From assembly GCA_963749155.1 (NCBI GenBank), contig CAVVLO010000002.1, positions 608,001 to 672,000 of the forward strand: a DNA stretch of 64,000 bases, given 5' to 3'. The notes under the pieces are model-generated. The model saw only the letters and a list, made by a program, of their open reading frames with translations. It ran no database searches and had not been told where the DNA came from. The position numbers and the translations under genes are program-made. Source of the DNA: an uncultured Armatimonadia bacterium. Lineage in GTDB: Bacteria; Armatimonadota; Zipacnadia; CAVVLO01. Positions 1 to 9,861 of this stretch are shown piece by piece (position 1 is the first letter of the stretch; every line of letters begins with the position of its first letter).

Positions 1-2
1 CC

Positions 3-527
3 GATTTCGGCCACGGACAGTTCGACCGCTTTGGCAGGACCCTCTTCACACTTCGCAACGGCAAAGGCGAAGCCCCTTACCCGAAATCTTATGCGGAGAA
101 GCTCATCCTTGATCCCCCTGGTCAGCGCGCCCCGCTGCACTATCACCGCAGCAAGCGAGAGGACATCATCAACCGGGGGCAGCACGGGATCATCGTCATC
201 GAGGTGCAAGTGGCGGGCGAGGACGGGCGCCCCTCGGGAAAGCCGTTCGACCTCCAGGTGAATGGCGTGACGCGGCACCTGGAATCGGGCCCGGCGCGCC
301 TTCGCCTGGCTCCAGGTGAGAGCGTCTGCCTGCATCCAGGTACGCTGCACCAGTTCTGGGGAGAGGAGGGCGGAGAGAACGCAGTGTCGGGCGAGGTGTC
401 CGGAGTCTGCGATGACATCAGCGACAACGTCTTCATCGGCGAGGCCAGTGTCCGTTTCCCCGGCATCGAGGAGGACGAGCCTCGCCGCTACTACCTTTGC
501 AATGAGTATCCTCCGGCCGCAGGCTAG
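3..527 (+). CDS. D-lyxose/D-mannose family sugar isomerase (5' partial)
   Basis: Frame is open from the window edge: DFGHGQFDRFGRTLFTLRNG...YAEKLI...PLHYHRSKREDIINRG...LAPGESVCLHPGTLHQFWGE...GEVSGVCDDISDNVF...RFPGIEEDEP, the cupin motifs of this family. Confidence 0.85.
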   Translation, partial: DFGHGQFDRFGRTLFTLRNGKGEAPYPKSYAEKLILDPPGQRAPLHYHRSKREDIINRGQHGIIVIEVQVAGEDGRPSGKPFDLQVNGVTRHLESGPARLRLAPGESVCLHPGTLHQFWGEEGGENAVSGEVSGVCDDISDNVFIGEASVRFPGIEEDEPRRYYLCNEYPPAAG

Positions 528-545
528 AAGCGCAGCCCCTTACTC

Positions 546-695
546 TCACACAGTCCAGGGGGACGCGCCGGGCGCTTTGAGCTGGGCCTTGTGCCCAGGT
601 CAGAGCTGCTTCGATCTGATAAGAATCCTTAGCCCGTTGCACTCGGTCCTCAGGTCGCTGAAGGTTGATCTGACAAACACCTCGAGCCTCTGACT
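546..695 (-). pseudogene. Degenerate DUF4062-like (TIR-like) domain remnant
   Basis: Minus-strand translation SQRLEVFVRSTFSDLRTECNGLRILIRSKQL*PGHKAQLKAPGASPWTV* resembles the DUF4062 N-terminus (VFVSSTFxDLxxER ... SPW). It has in-frame stops and no start codon. Confidence 0.45.
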
Positions 696-895
696 GGCTC
701 TGGCCCTTTACTACGTCCGCAGAGCAACACTGGTAGGGGAGCCGATGTGTGACATGAAGGTTGGGTGCGTGAGCAGGAGTGAACGGTCAGGTCCCGAGCT
801 GAGCAGCTACTCGCAAGGCGCAGAACCTTGAGCCGAACCTGTCTGAAGCGGCAGGGAAAGCTACCTGGTCGTCCACAGCTGGGCGCGCCGGTTAC

Positions 896-3800
896 TCAGT
901 AAACCTTGATGTCATGTTCGAACACGCCCCAGTCATCAAGTTTCACCTTTATTACGTAATCACCGGAAGGGAACCGCGGGATCTCCTGGGGCACGATGTG
1001 TACCATAAAGATACCATCGGCGGAGAGATTGCCGCTCAGACGCGTGCGCGAGTTGCCCTCATAGGTCAGATCAATCTGAAATCGCACAGGGCCGGTCATG
1101 CCGCGCAGCTCAAAAAGGAAGAGCAATTCCTGGATGGTGGATGGGAACTTCCAGGCCGAGCCCTGGGGAGCCTGATCCAGGTCCACCGAGCGGCAGAGCG
1201 CCAGGCGCACTAGCGGGGCAGCGTCAGTCAGGTCTACCCAGCCGTCAGAGTTGTACTCGGACGCAGAAGCGGCTCCGGTATCAGAAGCGGGTCCGGTCGC
1301 AACGGTCGTAGGCGCGGCGGAAACGAAGAGCAGCTCCAGTGTATCGCCTGGGTCAGGCAGGTCGGCCAACAAAGGCGCCTGCTGGGCTGAGCTCAGAGGC
1401 GTTAGTTCGCCGGCCGCGGAAACGGCAAGGCCCTCGTGTGCCTCGAGCAACCTGGGAGCCTGCGCCTCGGTCGTTTGAATCGCCAGGCTTCCTTCGACAG
1501 TCGTCACCTGCAGCGCGCCCTGGGGAGTGACCTCGGCCACGAAGGCCGTGCCCTGGGGGCTGACCGTGCAGCCAGCCGCGCTCAGTACCAGCGCCCCCTC
1601 AGCGGCGAGGCGGCCTTTCTCCAGTATCAGAGTGCTGCTTCCCGGGACGGTGACCTGGGTGCCCTGCTTCAGGATCGCCTGCTTCGGCTTGCCGTCCGCC
1701 GCAGGCCACGCCAGCAGGAAATCGCCCTGCTCAGCCACCAGAACAGTACCCGGCTTCACCAGATTCACCCCGCGGTCCACGAATTCCACCGGTTGGTTGC
1801 CCATGAGCAGCGTGCCGGGGGGGCCCTCGGGAGCAGAGAGGGGTGATACGACAGGCTTGGCGGGTGTCGCCGCAGAGTCCTCAAACAGCCGATACCGCTT
1901 GGCCAGCGCCTCAAGGTCTACCGCGTTGGGCACATGCACGGGCGTACCGTAGTCCTTGCGAGACTGCACCCATTCCTCAAGTGTGCGGGCGGCACGCTTG
2001 TAGACATAGCATTCCCTGCGGTACTGCAGCATCGTGGCCAGATAGTCGGCGTATACCTGTGCGGGAGCACTCTGGCTGCGGCCTCCATACAGGCTCAGGA
2101 GGAAACGCGTGCACACTCCCTCGATTTGCTGCCCAGGATGGGCCCCCTGGAGTGCTTGATCCGCCTTGGTGTCGTCATCGAAATCCACCAGGTAGCCCCG
2201 TCGGTTGTAGAGTGAATCCTTGCACTCGGGATGGCGCGCCAGCCAGAAGGTGTGCATCAGGTATGCGAACAGGTCAGCGGTGGATTCTGCAAAGGCCGTA
2301 TATCTGCGCGCCGAGCTGGTGGTGCCGCTATACTCTATGCGCCAGCCGATATCCGCTGGATCGGCCATAGGGATCGACCAAGTGTTGTGCGTGTGCCCCA
2401 CGAGCGAATTGTAGACGATGGAAAGGTAGTAATGGCGCTCGATGAGGCTGTGATGCACCAGGTGGCCGGCTTCGTGGAACAAGATGGTATACGCAGGATC
2501 GTTCTCGAGATCGTTGGGGTCGCTTGCATACCACTGCCCCTCAGCACCGGGCAACTTGATGACGTCCGAGCCGATAAGGCCATCGGCGAAGTGCGGCACG
2601 CTGCCCTCAGGCCCGCCTGACTCGAATCGCACTGCACTGATCTGGCTGGTCAGCATCTCCCGGCCTTTCGCCGTGAGGGGCATCGAATTGGCGAATTCCA
2701 GTAACCACTTCCGGAGCCGTTGCTGGTGTTCGTCGGGCGAAAGCAGATCGAAGAGGCCAAGGTCGCACGTCTCGCCGGCCGCAAAGGGCTTCAGCACCGT
2801 GTAATTCAATGGACAGGGCGCTGAATCGTCCCACTTCAGCTTGAGGTCGGATGTGGCAAACCTCTGGGCAAGCGAGATCAGCAACAGGAACTTCTCTTCG
2901 GCCAGTTTGCTCCCCAAAAGCCGAGTCTTCGGCAAGGTTTCGGGCAGGATATTCAACGCCCGGGGCTGCATATCCGCGTCCACATATGTGCCCACCAGGA
3001 CAGCTGCATTCAAGGGGACCGTCAAGCTGGCATCCGGACCCTCGTAATCGCCCATCGGCCCCGCGTGGAAGGTAGCCGAGGGCACTCCCTGCGTAAGGTC
3101 CACGGTGGCGAAGTCGTCCCGAATCTCTACTGTCACAGGAGCCTGACCTGCCGCATTGGTGGTTACTGTCCCCGTGGAGAGGTTTGCCCACGGACACGAC
3201 TTTGACAACGCGACCTCGACAAGCACGCCCGCCTGCGGCTTGCCTGAGGTATCAGTGACGCTAACCGTCAGTTGCGCCTGGGCGGACGCTCCCTTCGCCA
3301 CCGGCGTGGGCAAGAGTGCTGGCTCACAGGCCAGTTGTACCCTCACCTGCTGGGGCTGTTCACCGGTAGCCTGGCTCGCGGTGGCAGACTGCGCCGCCGT
3401 TCCGCCTGGCGCATGCACCAGATAGCGGCCAGCGTCACCAGCACACACCAACACCAGTCCGGTATCCCCGTTGGTGGCGAAGTTGAAACTCAGCGACTCA
3501 TCTGCCCGACTAAGGGCGTGGGCCAGGGCCTCAGCGGCCAGCGAACCGTAGAGCGCCTCACCTTCTTCCGCTCCGGAAAGCTCGCGGAGACTGTCGCCCT
3601 CAATCAGGTAGTTCCTCGTGGTGTCCTCTGCGTAGGTGCTGATTCTATTGGCGACCACAAACTTGCTATTGGGACAGGCGCGAAGCTCCCAGGCACCGAT
3701 GCCGCTGGCAACGGAGGTGGGAATAAGCAGGCCGTTGCGCCCGAGGTAGACCTCATAGCTGGGATAGCTAGGGCGGCCTTCAAGCGGCTCGAAGGGCAGG

Positions 3801-4669
3801 GCCTTGGTGGCAACGAATAGCTCATAACTGCCCGAGGGGAGCAAGGTCAAAGAGCCAGACGGCAGCTGGCCGATAGGCTCGAACCAAGGGGAAGAAAGAT
3901 CCTGCGTCACCTGGCTGTTGCCTATACAGCCCTGTGTGCCGGAATTGTTTACCAGTCCCGCGCTTCCCCCGTCGGGATAGAAAGGTCGCAGTTCGCCGTT
4001 GGGGCCTGGCTTGACTGGCTTGGGCTTCTGAGCTAGCCAGCGACCTTGGCCCCCAGTCAAGGGATACAGCGCCCCAAAGCTACCGTGCTCAGTACGGAAC
4101 ACACTTGCCGTCCAACGGGAGGCCAGTGGGTCCAGCGGATCAGGTGTATCAACTTCGACGGTAAGAGGGTCGAGTCCCGGTTTCCATCCGGAGGGCAGTG
4201 CCCCCGGATACCCGATTGTCACCGTGGCTTTGGGCAAGGGCGCTGTTTCCCACCACCCCGAGATCACCTTGAAGGTGACTTCCTGCTTCTTGCCTGTGGT
4301 TTGCGCCTCAAGCGTGTAGAACCTGACCTCAGCGCCCTCAATAGAGTCTAGCGGGAGCGGCCCGAAATCACCGCTGGTCACTGCAAGGGACTTACCCTTG
4401 AGTTTCAGACTCACACCGTCATAGACCCGTCCCTTTACCTCCAGGTCAGCGATTTCATCTGCCGCCAGCACAAAAGCGGCCCCCTCACAGAGCATGAGAC
4501 CATCGCTGGTATATCGCCGTTGTTCCGGCCAAGCCTGCACCCACTGGGTAGTGCCAGCCTTGCGCACCCAAATGGTCGATACCAGGTCTGCCGGCGTGGT
4601 GAGCGCCAACGCCTGGCCAGCCAGGCACCACAAGACCAGTGTACTTAGGGCAAGTCTCAGGAGTCGCAC
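896..4669 (-). CDS. Large secreted multidomain protein (Ig-like domain, HEXXH zincin-like domain, FecR-like domain)
   Basis: 1257-aa ORF with signal peptide (..AGQALA), Big_1-like segment (VTDTSGKPQAGVLVEV..TVTTNAAGQAPVTV), ILFHEAGHLVH motif with downstream AFAESTAD, and a FecR-like segment (LILEKGRL..QGTAFVAEV..VTTVEGSL). Confidence 0.75.
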   Translation of the reverse strand: MRLLRLALSTLVLWCLAGQALALTTPADLVSTIWVRKAGTTQWVQAWPEQRRYTSDGLMLCEGAAFVLAADEIADLEVKGRVYDGVSLKLKGKSLAVTSGDFGPLPLDSIEGAEVRFYTLEAQTTGKKQEVTFKVISGWWETAPLPKATVTIGYPGALPSGWKPGLDPLTVEVDTPDPLDPLASRWTASVFRTEHGSFGALYPLTGGQGRWLAQKPKPVKPGPNGELRPFYPDGGSAGLVNNSGTQGCIGNSQVTQDLSSPWFEPIGQLPSGSLTLLPSGSYELFVATKALPFEPLEGRPSYPSYEVYLGRNGLLIPTSVASGIGAWELRACPNSKFVVANRISTYAEDTTRNYLIEGDSLRELSGAEEGEALYGSLAAEALAHALSRADESLSFNFATNGDTGLVLVCAGDAGRYLVHAPGGTAAQSATASQATGEQPQQVRVQLACEPALLPTPVAKGASAQAQLTVSVTDTSGKPQAGVLVEVALSKSCPWANLSTGTVTTNAAGQAPVTVEIRDDFATVDLTQGVPSATFHAGPMGDYEGPDASLTVPLNAAVLVGTYVDADMQPRALNILPETLPKTRLLGSKLAEEKFLLLISLAQRFATSDLKLKWDDSAPCPLNYTVLKPFAAGETCDLGLFDLLSPDEHQQRLRKWLLEFANSMPLTAKGREMLTSQISAVRFESGGPEGSVPHFADGLIGSDVIKLPGAEGQWYASDPNDLENDPAYTILFHEAGHLVHHSLIERHYYLSIVYNSLVGHTHNTWSIPMADPADIGWRIEYSGTTSSARRYTAFAESTADLFAYLMHTFWLARHPECKDSLYNRRGYLVDFDDDTKADQALQGAHPGQQIEGVCTRFLLSLYGGRSQSAPAQVYADYLATMLQYRRECYVYKRAARTLEEWVQSRKDYGTPVHVPNAVDLEALAKRYRLFEDSAATPAKPVVSPLSAPEGPPGTLLMGNQPVEFVDRGVNLVKPGTVLVAEQGDFLLAWPAADGKPKQAILKQGTQVTVPGSSTLILEKGRLAAEGALVLSAAGCTVSPQGTAFVAEVTPQGALQVTTVEGSLAIQTTEAQAPRLLEAHEGLAVSAAGELTPLSSAQQAPLLADLPDPGDTLELLFVSAAPTTVATGPASDTGAASASEYNSDGWVDLTDAAPLVRLALCRSVDLDQAPQGSAWKFPSTIQELLFLFELRGMTGPVRFQIDLTYEGNSRTRLSGNLSADGIFMVHIVPQEIPRFPSGDYVIKVKLDDWGVFEHDIKVY

Positions 4670-4959
4670 TCGAAGGGCCTCCCCCAGGCTGAACTCCCCT
4701 CAGGTTTCCGTCCGCCAAGGGGCAAGTCTAATTTTGGCAATTCTTCTTTTCTCCGGGCAGTCCTCCTTTCCTAGAGGAACCGGGCTGGCGACTGGGGAGC
4801 AGGAGGCGAAGGCCGGCCTTCTCCGACTCAGTGGGAGAGGGACTGAACTGCCCTGGCGGATTTGTGGCAACTGCTCTTCGAAAAGCTGTTCGGCTGGAGA
4901 GAAACCCAAGTTTGGCCAGTGGGAGGTCGAGGTGAACGTGTTCTGTGCCGAAGCGACAT

Positions 4960-5122
4960 AAGCTGCCTGACTCTGGAGAAGCGCCTACTGGCGGCCTGGG
5001 TGGAGAAAGCAAAACTGGTTCCGGACACGCTTGAAGTGGAAATCCACTACAGGCTTCCGGAACCAGTCGTAGATAGCATGGTAGCGGGGGCAGGATTCGA
5101 ACCTGCGACCTGCGGGTTATGA
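4960..5122 (+). pseudogene. Probable C-terminal stub of a site-specific (serine) recombinase reading into the tRNA 3' end
   Basis: EKRLLAAWVEKAKLVPDTLEVEIHYRLPEPVVDSMVAGAGFEPAT resembles the ends of recombinases of tRNA-integrated elements. No catalytic N-terminal domain upstream. Confidence 0.45.
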
Positions 5123-5155
5123 GCCCGCCGAGCTGCCAGACTGCTCCACCCCGCG
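5079..5155 (-). tRNA. tRNA-fMet (initiator, anticodon CAT)
   Basis: CGCGGGGTGGAGCAGTCTGGCAGCTCGGCGGGCTCATAACCCGCAGGTCGCAGGTTCGAATCCTGCCCCCGCTACCA: C1:U72 mismatch, consecutive G-C pairs in the anticodon stem, TTCGA T-loop, encoded CCA. Confidence 0.97.
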
Positions 5156-5166
5156 ATTCCGCCGTT

Positions 5167-5195
5167 AGAGTAGCACTCGCCCCTGCCACTGTCAA
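5167..5195 (-). promoter_or_regulatory. Sigma70-type promoter of tRNA-fMet
   Basis: TTGACA-17 bp-TACTCT with extended TG, 11 nt upstream of the tRNA. Confidence 0.8.
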
Positions 5196-5230
5196 GGCGT
5201 TCCGCAGGCTTTGACCGAAGGCGCCGAGAT

Positions 5231-5779
5231 CTAAGCCCGCGGCAACTCGTAGAGATCTCTGCCCTGGCAGTCTGCCCCGACGGTCACGGGGAAGTCTTCG
5301 ACAACCAGCCTGTGAATGGCCTCGGGACCCAGATCATCGTAAGCGACCACCCTGGCTTCCTTGATTGAGCGCGCAAGCAAGGCGCCCAACCCTCCGATGG
5401 CGACGAGATAGACCGCCTTGTATTGTTTCAGAGCGTCCAGCACCTCGCGACTACGCTGGCCCTTCCCGATCATCCCTTTAAGGCCCAGGGCAAGCAACTC
5501 CTGGGTGTAAGCGTCCATCCGCCCTGCGGTTGTCGGCCCGGCCGAACCAATCACAAAGCCAGGGGGAGGTGGGGTTGGGCCAACATAGTAGAGCACCTGG
5601 CCAGCGAGCTCTACCGGCAGCGATTCGCCCCTCTCAAGCGCTTCGTGCATCCGCTTATGAGCCGCATCACGCGCAGTGTAGAGAACCCCGGAAAGTAATA
5701 TCTCATCGCCGGCCGCAAGCGAACAAACCAGCTCTTCTGTGAGTGGGGTGGTGATACGTTTGGCGCAGCAAGAGCCCAT
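5231..5779 (-). CDS. Fe-S hydro-lyase, fumarate hydratase class I beta subunit
   Basis: LSGVLYTARDAAHKR, YYVGPTP, GSAGPTTAGRMD, MIGKG and DLGPEAI motifs. Confidence 0.9.
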   Translation of the reverse strand: MGSCCAKRITTPLTEELVCSLAAGDEILLSGVLYTARDAAHKRMHEALERGESLPVELAGQVLYYVGPTPPPPGFVIGSAGPTTAGRMDAYTQELLALGLKGMIGKGQRSREVLDALKQYKAVYLVAIGGLGALLARSIKEARVVAYDDLGPEAIHRLVVEDFPVTVGADCQGRDLYELPRA

Positions 5780-5780
5780 A

Positions 5781-6624
5781 CTAGAGCACCTCGCTTGCAT
5801 GCCTGGCTGCGTGACAGTTGAGGTTGATCATCACCGGGCAGGCTTGCGATATGGCAACCTGTGGCCTCAATCGTGACCGAAAGCGCTGTCGTGTCGCCAC
5901 CAAGGCCGGCGGGACCGATGCCCAGGGAGTTTACTTCCTCAAGCAACCTCGCTTCCAGCTCCGCCAGTTGGGGGTCGGGATTGACACTGCCCACAGGGCG
6001 AAGCAAGGCGCGTTTGGCAAGCAAGCCGGCCTGCTCTGCCGTGCCGCCCAGGCCCACTCCAACGATGAGCGGAGGACAGGCGGCCGCGCCCCCTTTATCA
6101 ACGGTTTCCAGCACTGCAGCTACGATGCCTTCGACCCCATCTGCGGGTTCGAGCATCCACAGCTTGCTTTTGTTCTCGCTACCGCCGCCTTTGGGAGCTA
6201 CTGTGACTTTTACTTTATCGCCTGGCACTTCGGAGAGATGCAATATGCAGGGGGTATTGGTACCGGTATTCACCCGGTCAAGGGGGTTGCGGACGACCGA
6301 CTTGCGTAGATAGCCTTCCGCGTAGCCTTTGGCAATTCCCGCATTAACGGCGTCCTCGAGCAGCTCTCCTGTGAAAAGCACCTCTCGGCCTCGCTCGATG
6401 AACACTACGGCCAGGCCGGTGTCCTGGCAAAGGGGCAGCCCAGAGCTACGAGAATACTCGGCGTTTTCGAGCAGCAACTCCAGCACGCGCTTGCCTCGGG
6501 GATGAGGTTCCCTTCCTGCCGCTTCCCGCAGTGCCGCCAGTACGTCCTCGGGCAGCTCGATAGCCGCCTTGAGGCATAACCGACGCACACAGTCCTCAAC
6601 GAGGGCAGTTGAGAGCTCTCTCAC
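5781..6624 (-). CDS. Fumarate hydratase class I alpha subunit (frameshift near 5837)
   Basis: PLCQDTG, GYLRKSVV, PKGGGSENKS, ACPP and CHIASLP motifs. Removing one C restores LPVMINLNCHAARHASEVL* ending 1 nt before the beta-subunit ATG. Confidence 0.88.
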
Positions 6625-7302
6625 GGGGCCTGGACCTCTTTGCAATTGGCAGGTGGGATAACCACAATCTGGGTATCGTCAGGTAGCTCGGTAGTGGGGA
6701 TAACCAGCTCGCTACGAGTGAGCTCGATCACATTTTCTTTCTCGTCTGAGATAGTCATCGAGTTCGGCGATGGGGAAATCTACGCAGACCGTCTTGTAAT
6801 GCATCGGGACGACGAGTTTCGGCTGCAGCAGTTCGATCAGTTGGTCGGCCGTGGCACCATCAATTGTAAAATGACCGCCCACGGGAACCAGTAACACATC
6901 GACCAGGCCAAGTGGACGCAGTTCTTCGGCAGTAGGGAGATGGCCCAAATCACCACAGTGGCAGACTTTGAGACCATCCAGCTCGAGGCAGAAGACGATA
7001 TTCTTACCTCGCTGAGCGCCGCCTACCGCATCGTGGAAGAACTCGACTCCGACGATCCGCATGCCTTTTACCTCGTGCTCTCCCGCGGTGCGGATGACCT
7101 CGGGACTATCGGGCAAGTCACCTGCGCCGTTATGGTCGGCGTGGTCGTGACTTATCGTAACGAGGTCGGCCACTTCCGCCACGGGTTCATACCGGAAGGA
7201 GTCGCCGTAGGCGCTTTTGGCATAGGGATCGCAAAGTACGCGCGCGCCGGTCTTTTCCGAGGTGAGCAGGAAACAAGAATGGCCGATGTATTTGAGCTTC
7301 AC
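6621..7302 (-). CDS. MBL-fold metallo-hydrolase (frameshift near 6745)
   Basis: YIGHSCFL, ISHDHADHN, HCGDLGH, VPVGG and PMHY motifs. The shifted frame continues ENVIELTRSELVIPTTELPDDTQIVVIPP..* and overlaps the next start (GTGA). Confidence 0.85.
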
Positions 7303-7315
7303 AGTGGCCCTCCCC

Positions 7316-8239
7316 TCAGGCGATGGAATCGAGCGTCTGCCTGAGCACTGCAGCACTCTTCTCCAATCCTGCCAGTTCCTCCTGCTCAAGCTCTGGCTCA
7401 AGGATCTCAAGTACGCCCTTCAAGCCAAGTCGGGTGGGCAGCGAGAAAGCCAGGTCAGTGATTCCGAGAGCACCGGTCTGGACCGTCGAGATGGGCAAGA
7501 CGGTGCCCGCATCGCGCGCGATAGCCCGGACGACCTGAGCTATGGCGACACCAACGGCATAGCCAGCCCCGCCCTTCAGGCTTATTACCTCAGCGCCGCT
7601 CTTGCGGGTGCGCGCTTCGATGGCCGCCTGCTTTTCAGCATCGAAACCAGCAAGCGACCTCAGTGAGACACCATTGACAGCAGCCTTCGACCAAATCGGC
7701 ACCATCGAATCACCGTGCTCGCCCAGCATCAACGCGTCGACCTGGGTGTGATCGAGACCCAGTTCATCTGCGATGAGCGATCTGAAACGCAAGGTATCAA
7801 GCATCGTGCCAAGCCCGATTACCTGCGAGGAAGGCAGGCTGAGTTCCTGGGCGGCGATATAGGTCAGGATGTCTACCGGATTGGCGACGACGAAGAAGAT
7901 GACATCCTTCGGCCAGGGGCGCATCTTGAGTTCGCCGATTATGTTGCGGAAGAGAGCTACGTTGCGGTTGATCAGGTCCAGCCGGCTCTCATCAGGCTTA
8001 CGACGCAGGCCGGCGGTGATAATCACAACATCAGAGCCGGTAGTCTGCTCATAGCTGCCAGAGGTAAAGCTGACGGGATAGGTACCTGCCGAGCCGTGCA
8101 GCAGATCGAGAGCTTCTCCGGCCGCCACATCGGCGGCCACATCAATCAGGGCGATTTCTTTCACGTCACCGAAGAGCTGCAACGCGAAAGCGGCGTTGGA
8201 GCCTACTCGCCCAGCGCCGCCTATGATGCTGACTTTCAT
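7316..8239 (-). CDS. mdh: Malate dehydrogenase (LDH-like)
   Basis: IIGGAGRVG, ITAGLRRKPDESRLDL (Arg at the specificity position, so malate rather than lactate), NPVD, LGEHGDS. Confidence 0.85.
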   Translation of the reverse strand: MKVSIIGGAGRVGSNAAFALQLFGDVKEIALIDVAADVAAGEALDLLHGSAGTYPVSFTSGSYEQTTGSDVVIITAGLRRKPDESRLDLINRNVALFRNIIGELKMRPWPKDVIFFVVANPVDILTYIAAQELSLPSSQVIGLGTMLDTLRFRSLIADELGLDHTQVDALMLGEHGDSMVPIWSKAAVNGVSLRSLAGFDAEKQAAIEARTRKSGAEVISLKGGAGYAVGVAIAQVVRAIARDAGTVLPISTVQTGALGITDLAFSLPTRLGLKGVLEILEPELEQEELAGLEKSAAVLRQTLDSIA

Positions 8240-8272
8240 TTTCGAGTCACCAGCCTGTTCGCGTAATACCTT

Positions 8273-9340
8273 CTAAACGAGCTTTGCAATGATGGCGTCG
8301 GCCATCTGGGACGTGCCCACGGCTGTTGGATCGTTGCGGTCGGCCTTCATATCATAAGTAACCGAAACGCCCTCGGCGATAACATCGGACACAGCCTTCT
8401 CGGCGCGGTCGGCAGCGTCGTCCTCGCCCAGATGGCGCAGCATCAGGATGCCCGAGAGGATGGTAGCGGTCGGATTGGTCTTGTTCTGACCTGCATACTT
8501 GGGAGCGCTGCCGTGCACCGGCTCGAACAGGGCGTAATCATCGCCCAGATTGGCGCCTGGCGCAACACCAAGACCGCCCACAAGGCCAGCGCACAGGTCG
8601 CTCAGGATGTCGCCATAGAGGTTGGGAAGCAGCATCACGTCATAGAGTTCGGGCTTCTGAACGAGTTGCATGCACATATTGTCGACCAGGCGCTCTTCAA
8701 ACTCGATATCGGGGTATTCCGCCGCGACCTCGCCAGCCACACGGAAGAAAAGGCCGTCAGTGTATTTCATAATGTTGGCCTTGGCGACCGCCGTGACCTT
8801 CTTGCGCCCGTTAGCCCTGGCATAATCGAAGGCAAACCTGGCAACCTGGCGGGTGCCGGTCACCGAGATGGGCTTGATGCTGATGGCGCTGTCAGAGCGG
8901 ATCTTGCCGCCGCCCATATCGATTATCTGCTGCGCCTCGGGGGTGCCCAGGTCGAATTCGATACCCGCGTACAGGTCCTCAGTGTTCTCGCGCACGATAA
9001 CCAGGTCGACATCGGTATACCGGCTGCGCACGCCCACATAGGATCGGGCGGGACGCAGGCAGGCATAAAGCCCAAGCTGCTGCCTGAGCGCGACGTTAAC
9101 ACTGCGGAAGCCCGTGCCGATTGGCGTAGTGATAGGGCCCTTCAGAGCGACCTTGTTGCGGCGGATGCTTTCCAGCACCTGCTCGGGCAGCGGAGTGCCG
9201 TATTTGTCCATCACGTCTACGCCAGCTTCGACGATTTCCCAGTCGATTTCAACGCCGGTTGCGTCAACTACGCGGCGAGCGGCTTCGGCCACTTCAGGGC
9301 CAATGCCGTCACCGGGGATGAGCGTTACTCTGTAGGCCAT
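8273..9340 (-). CDS. icd: Isocitrate/isopropylmalate dehydrogenase family, probable isocitrate dehydrogenase
   Basis: [29 protein letters not shown] (IDH-like), [29 protein letters not shown]. Confidence 0.8.
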   Translation of the reverse strand: MAYRVTLIPGDGIGPEVAEAARRVVDATGVEIDWEIVEAGVDVMDKYGTPLPEQVLESIRRNKVALKGPITTPIGTGFRSVNVALRQQLGLYACLRPARSYVGVRSRYTDVDLVIVRENTEDLYAGIEFDLGTPEAQQIIDMGGGKIRSDSAISIKPISVTGTRQVARFAFDYARANGRKKVTAVAKANIMKYTDGLFFRVAGEVAAEYPDIEFEERLVDNMCMQLVQKPELYDVMLLPNLYGDILSDLCAGLVGGLGVAPGANLGDDYALFEPVHGSAPKYAGQNKTNPTATILSGILMLRHLGEDDAADRAEKAVSDVIAEGVSVTYDMKADRNDPTAVGTSQMADAIIAKLV

Positions 9341-9353
9341 TTTCGTTTCTCCG

Positions 9354-9860
9354 TTAATCGAACTTGAATCCACCGTGCTGCTTCAGATGGGCAATCAAGC
9401 CGCCATCCTCGAGCAGCTTCTGGGCGGTCTTGCTAAGGGGGGGGAAGGTGCGCGCTTCGCCTGTTGAGAGGCGCGTTAGCGTACCTGCATCGAGGTCGAC
9501 CTCTACCTCTTCGCCTTCTTCCAGCCCATCGGTATCTACCATTATGAGCGGCAGGCCGACATTGAAGGCGTTGCGATAGAAGATGCGCGCATAAGACTTG
9601 GACAGCACCGCAGAGAGCCTGGCGGCCTTGATGACGCGCGGCGCCTGCTCGCGAGAGGAGCCACAACCGAAGTTGCTGCCCGCCACGATGAAGTCGCCCG
9701 GCTCAATTTCGTTGAAGAAGCCAGGCCGGATGTCCTCCATCAGGTACTCGGCCAGTTCGTTCATATCCTCGGACTTGAACTTGTAGCGGCCCGAGATGAT
9801 GTAATCGGTATTGATGTCGTTGTTCGGCTCGAAGCGCCGGACTTTGCCCTTGAGTTTCAT
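9354..9860 (-). CDS. LeuD/HacB-family hydratase small subunit (probable aconitase small subunit)
   Basis: [36 protein letters not shown]. Confidence 0.88.
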   Translation of the reverse strand: MKLKGKVRRFEPNNDINTDYIISGRYKFKSEDMNELAEYLMEDIRPGFFNEIEPGDFIVAGSNFGCGSSREQAPRVIKAARLSAVLSKSYARIFYRNAFNVGLPLIMVDTDGLEEGEEVEVDLDAGTLTRLSTGEARTFPPLSKTAQKLLEDGGLIAHLKQHGGFKFD

Positions 9861-9861
9861 C

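Noticed and set aside
7316..8239. L-lactate dehydrogenase
   Set aside because: The specificity residue is Arg (LRRKP), not Gln, and the context is TCA.
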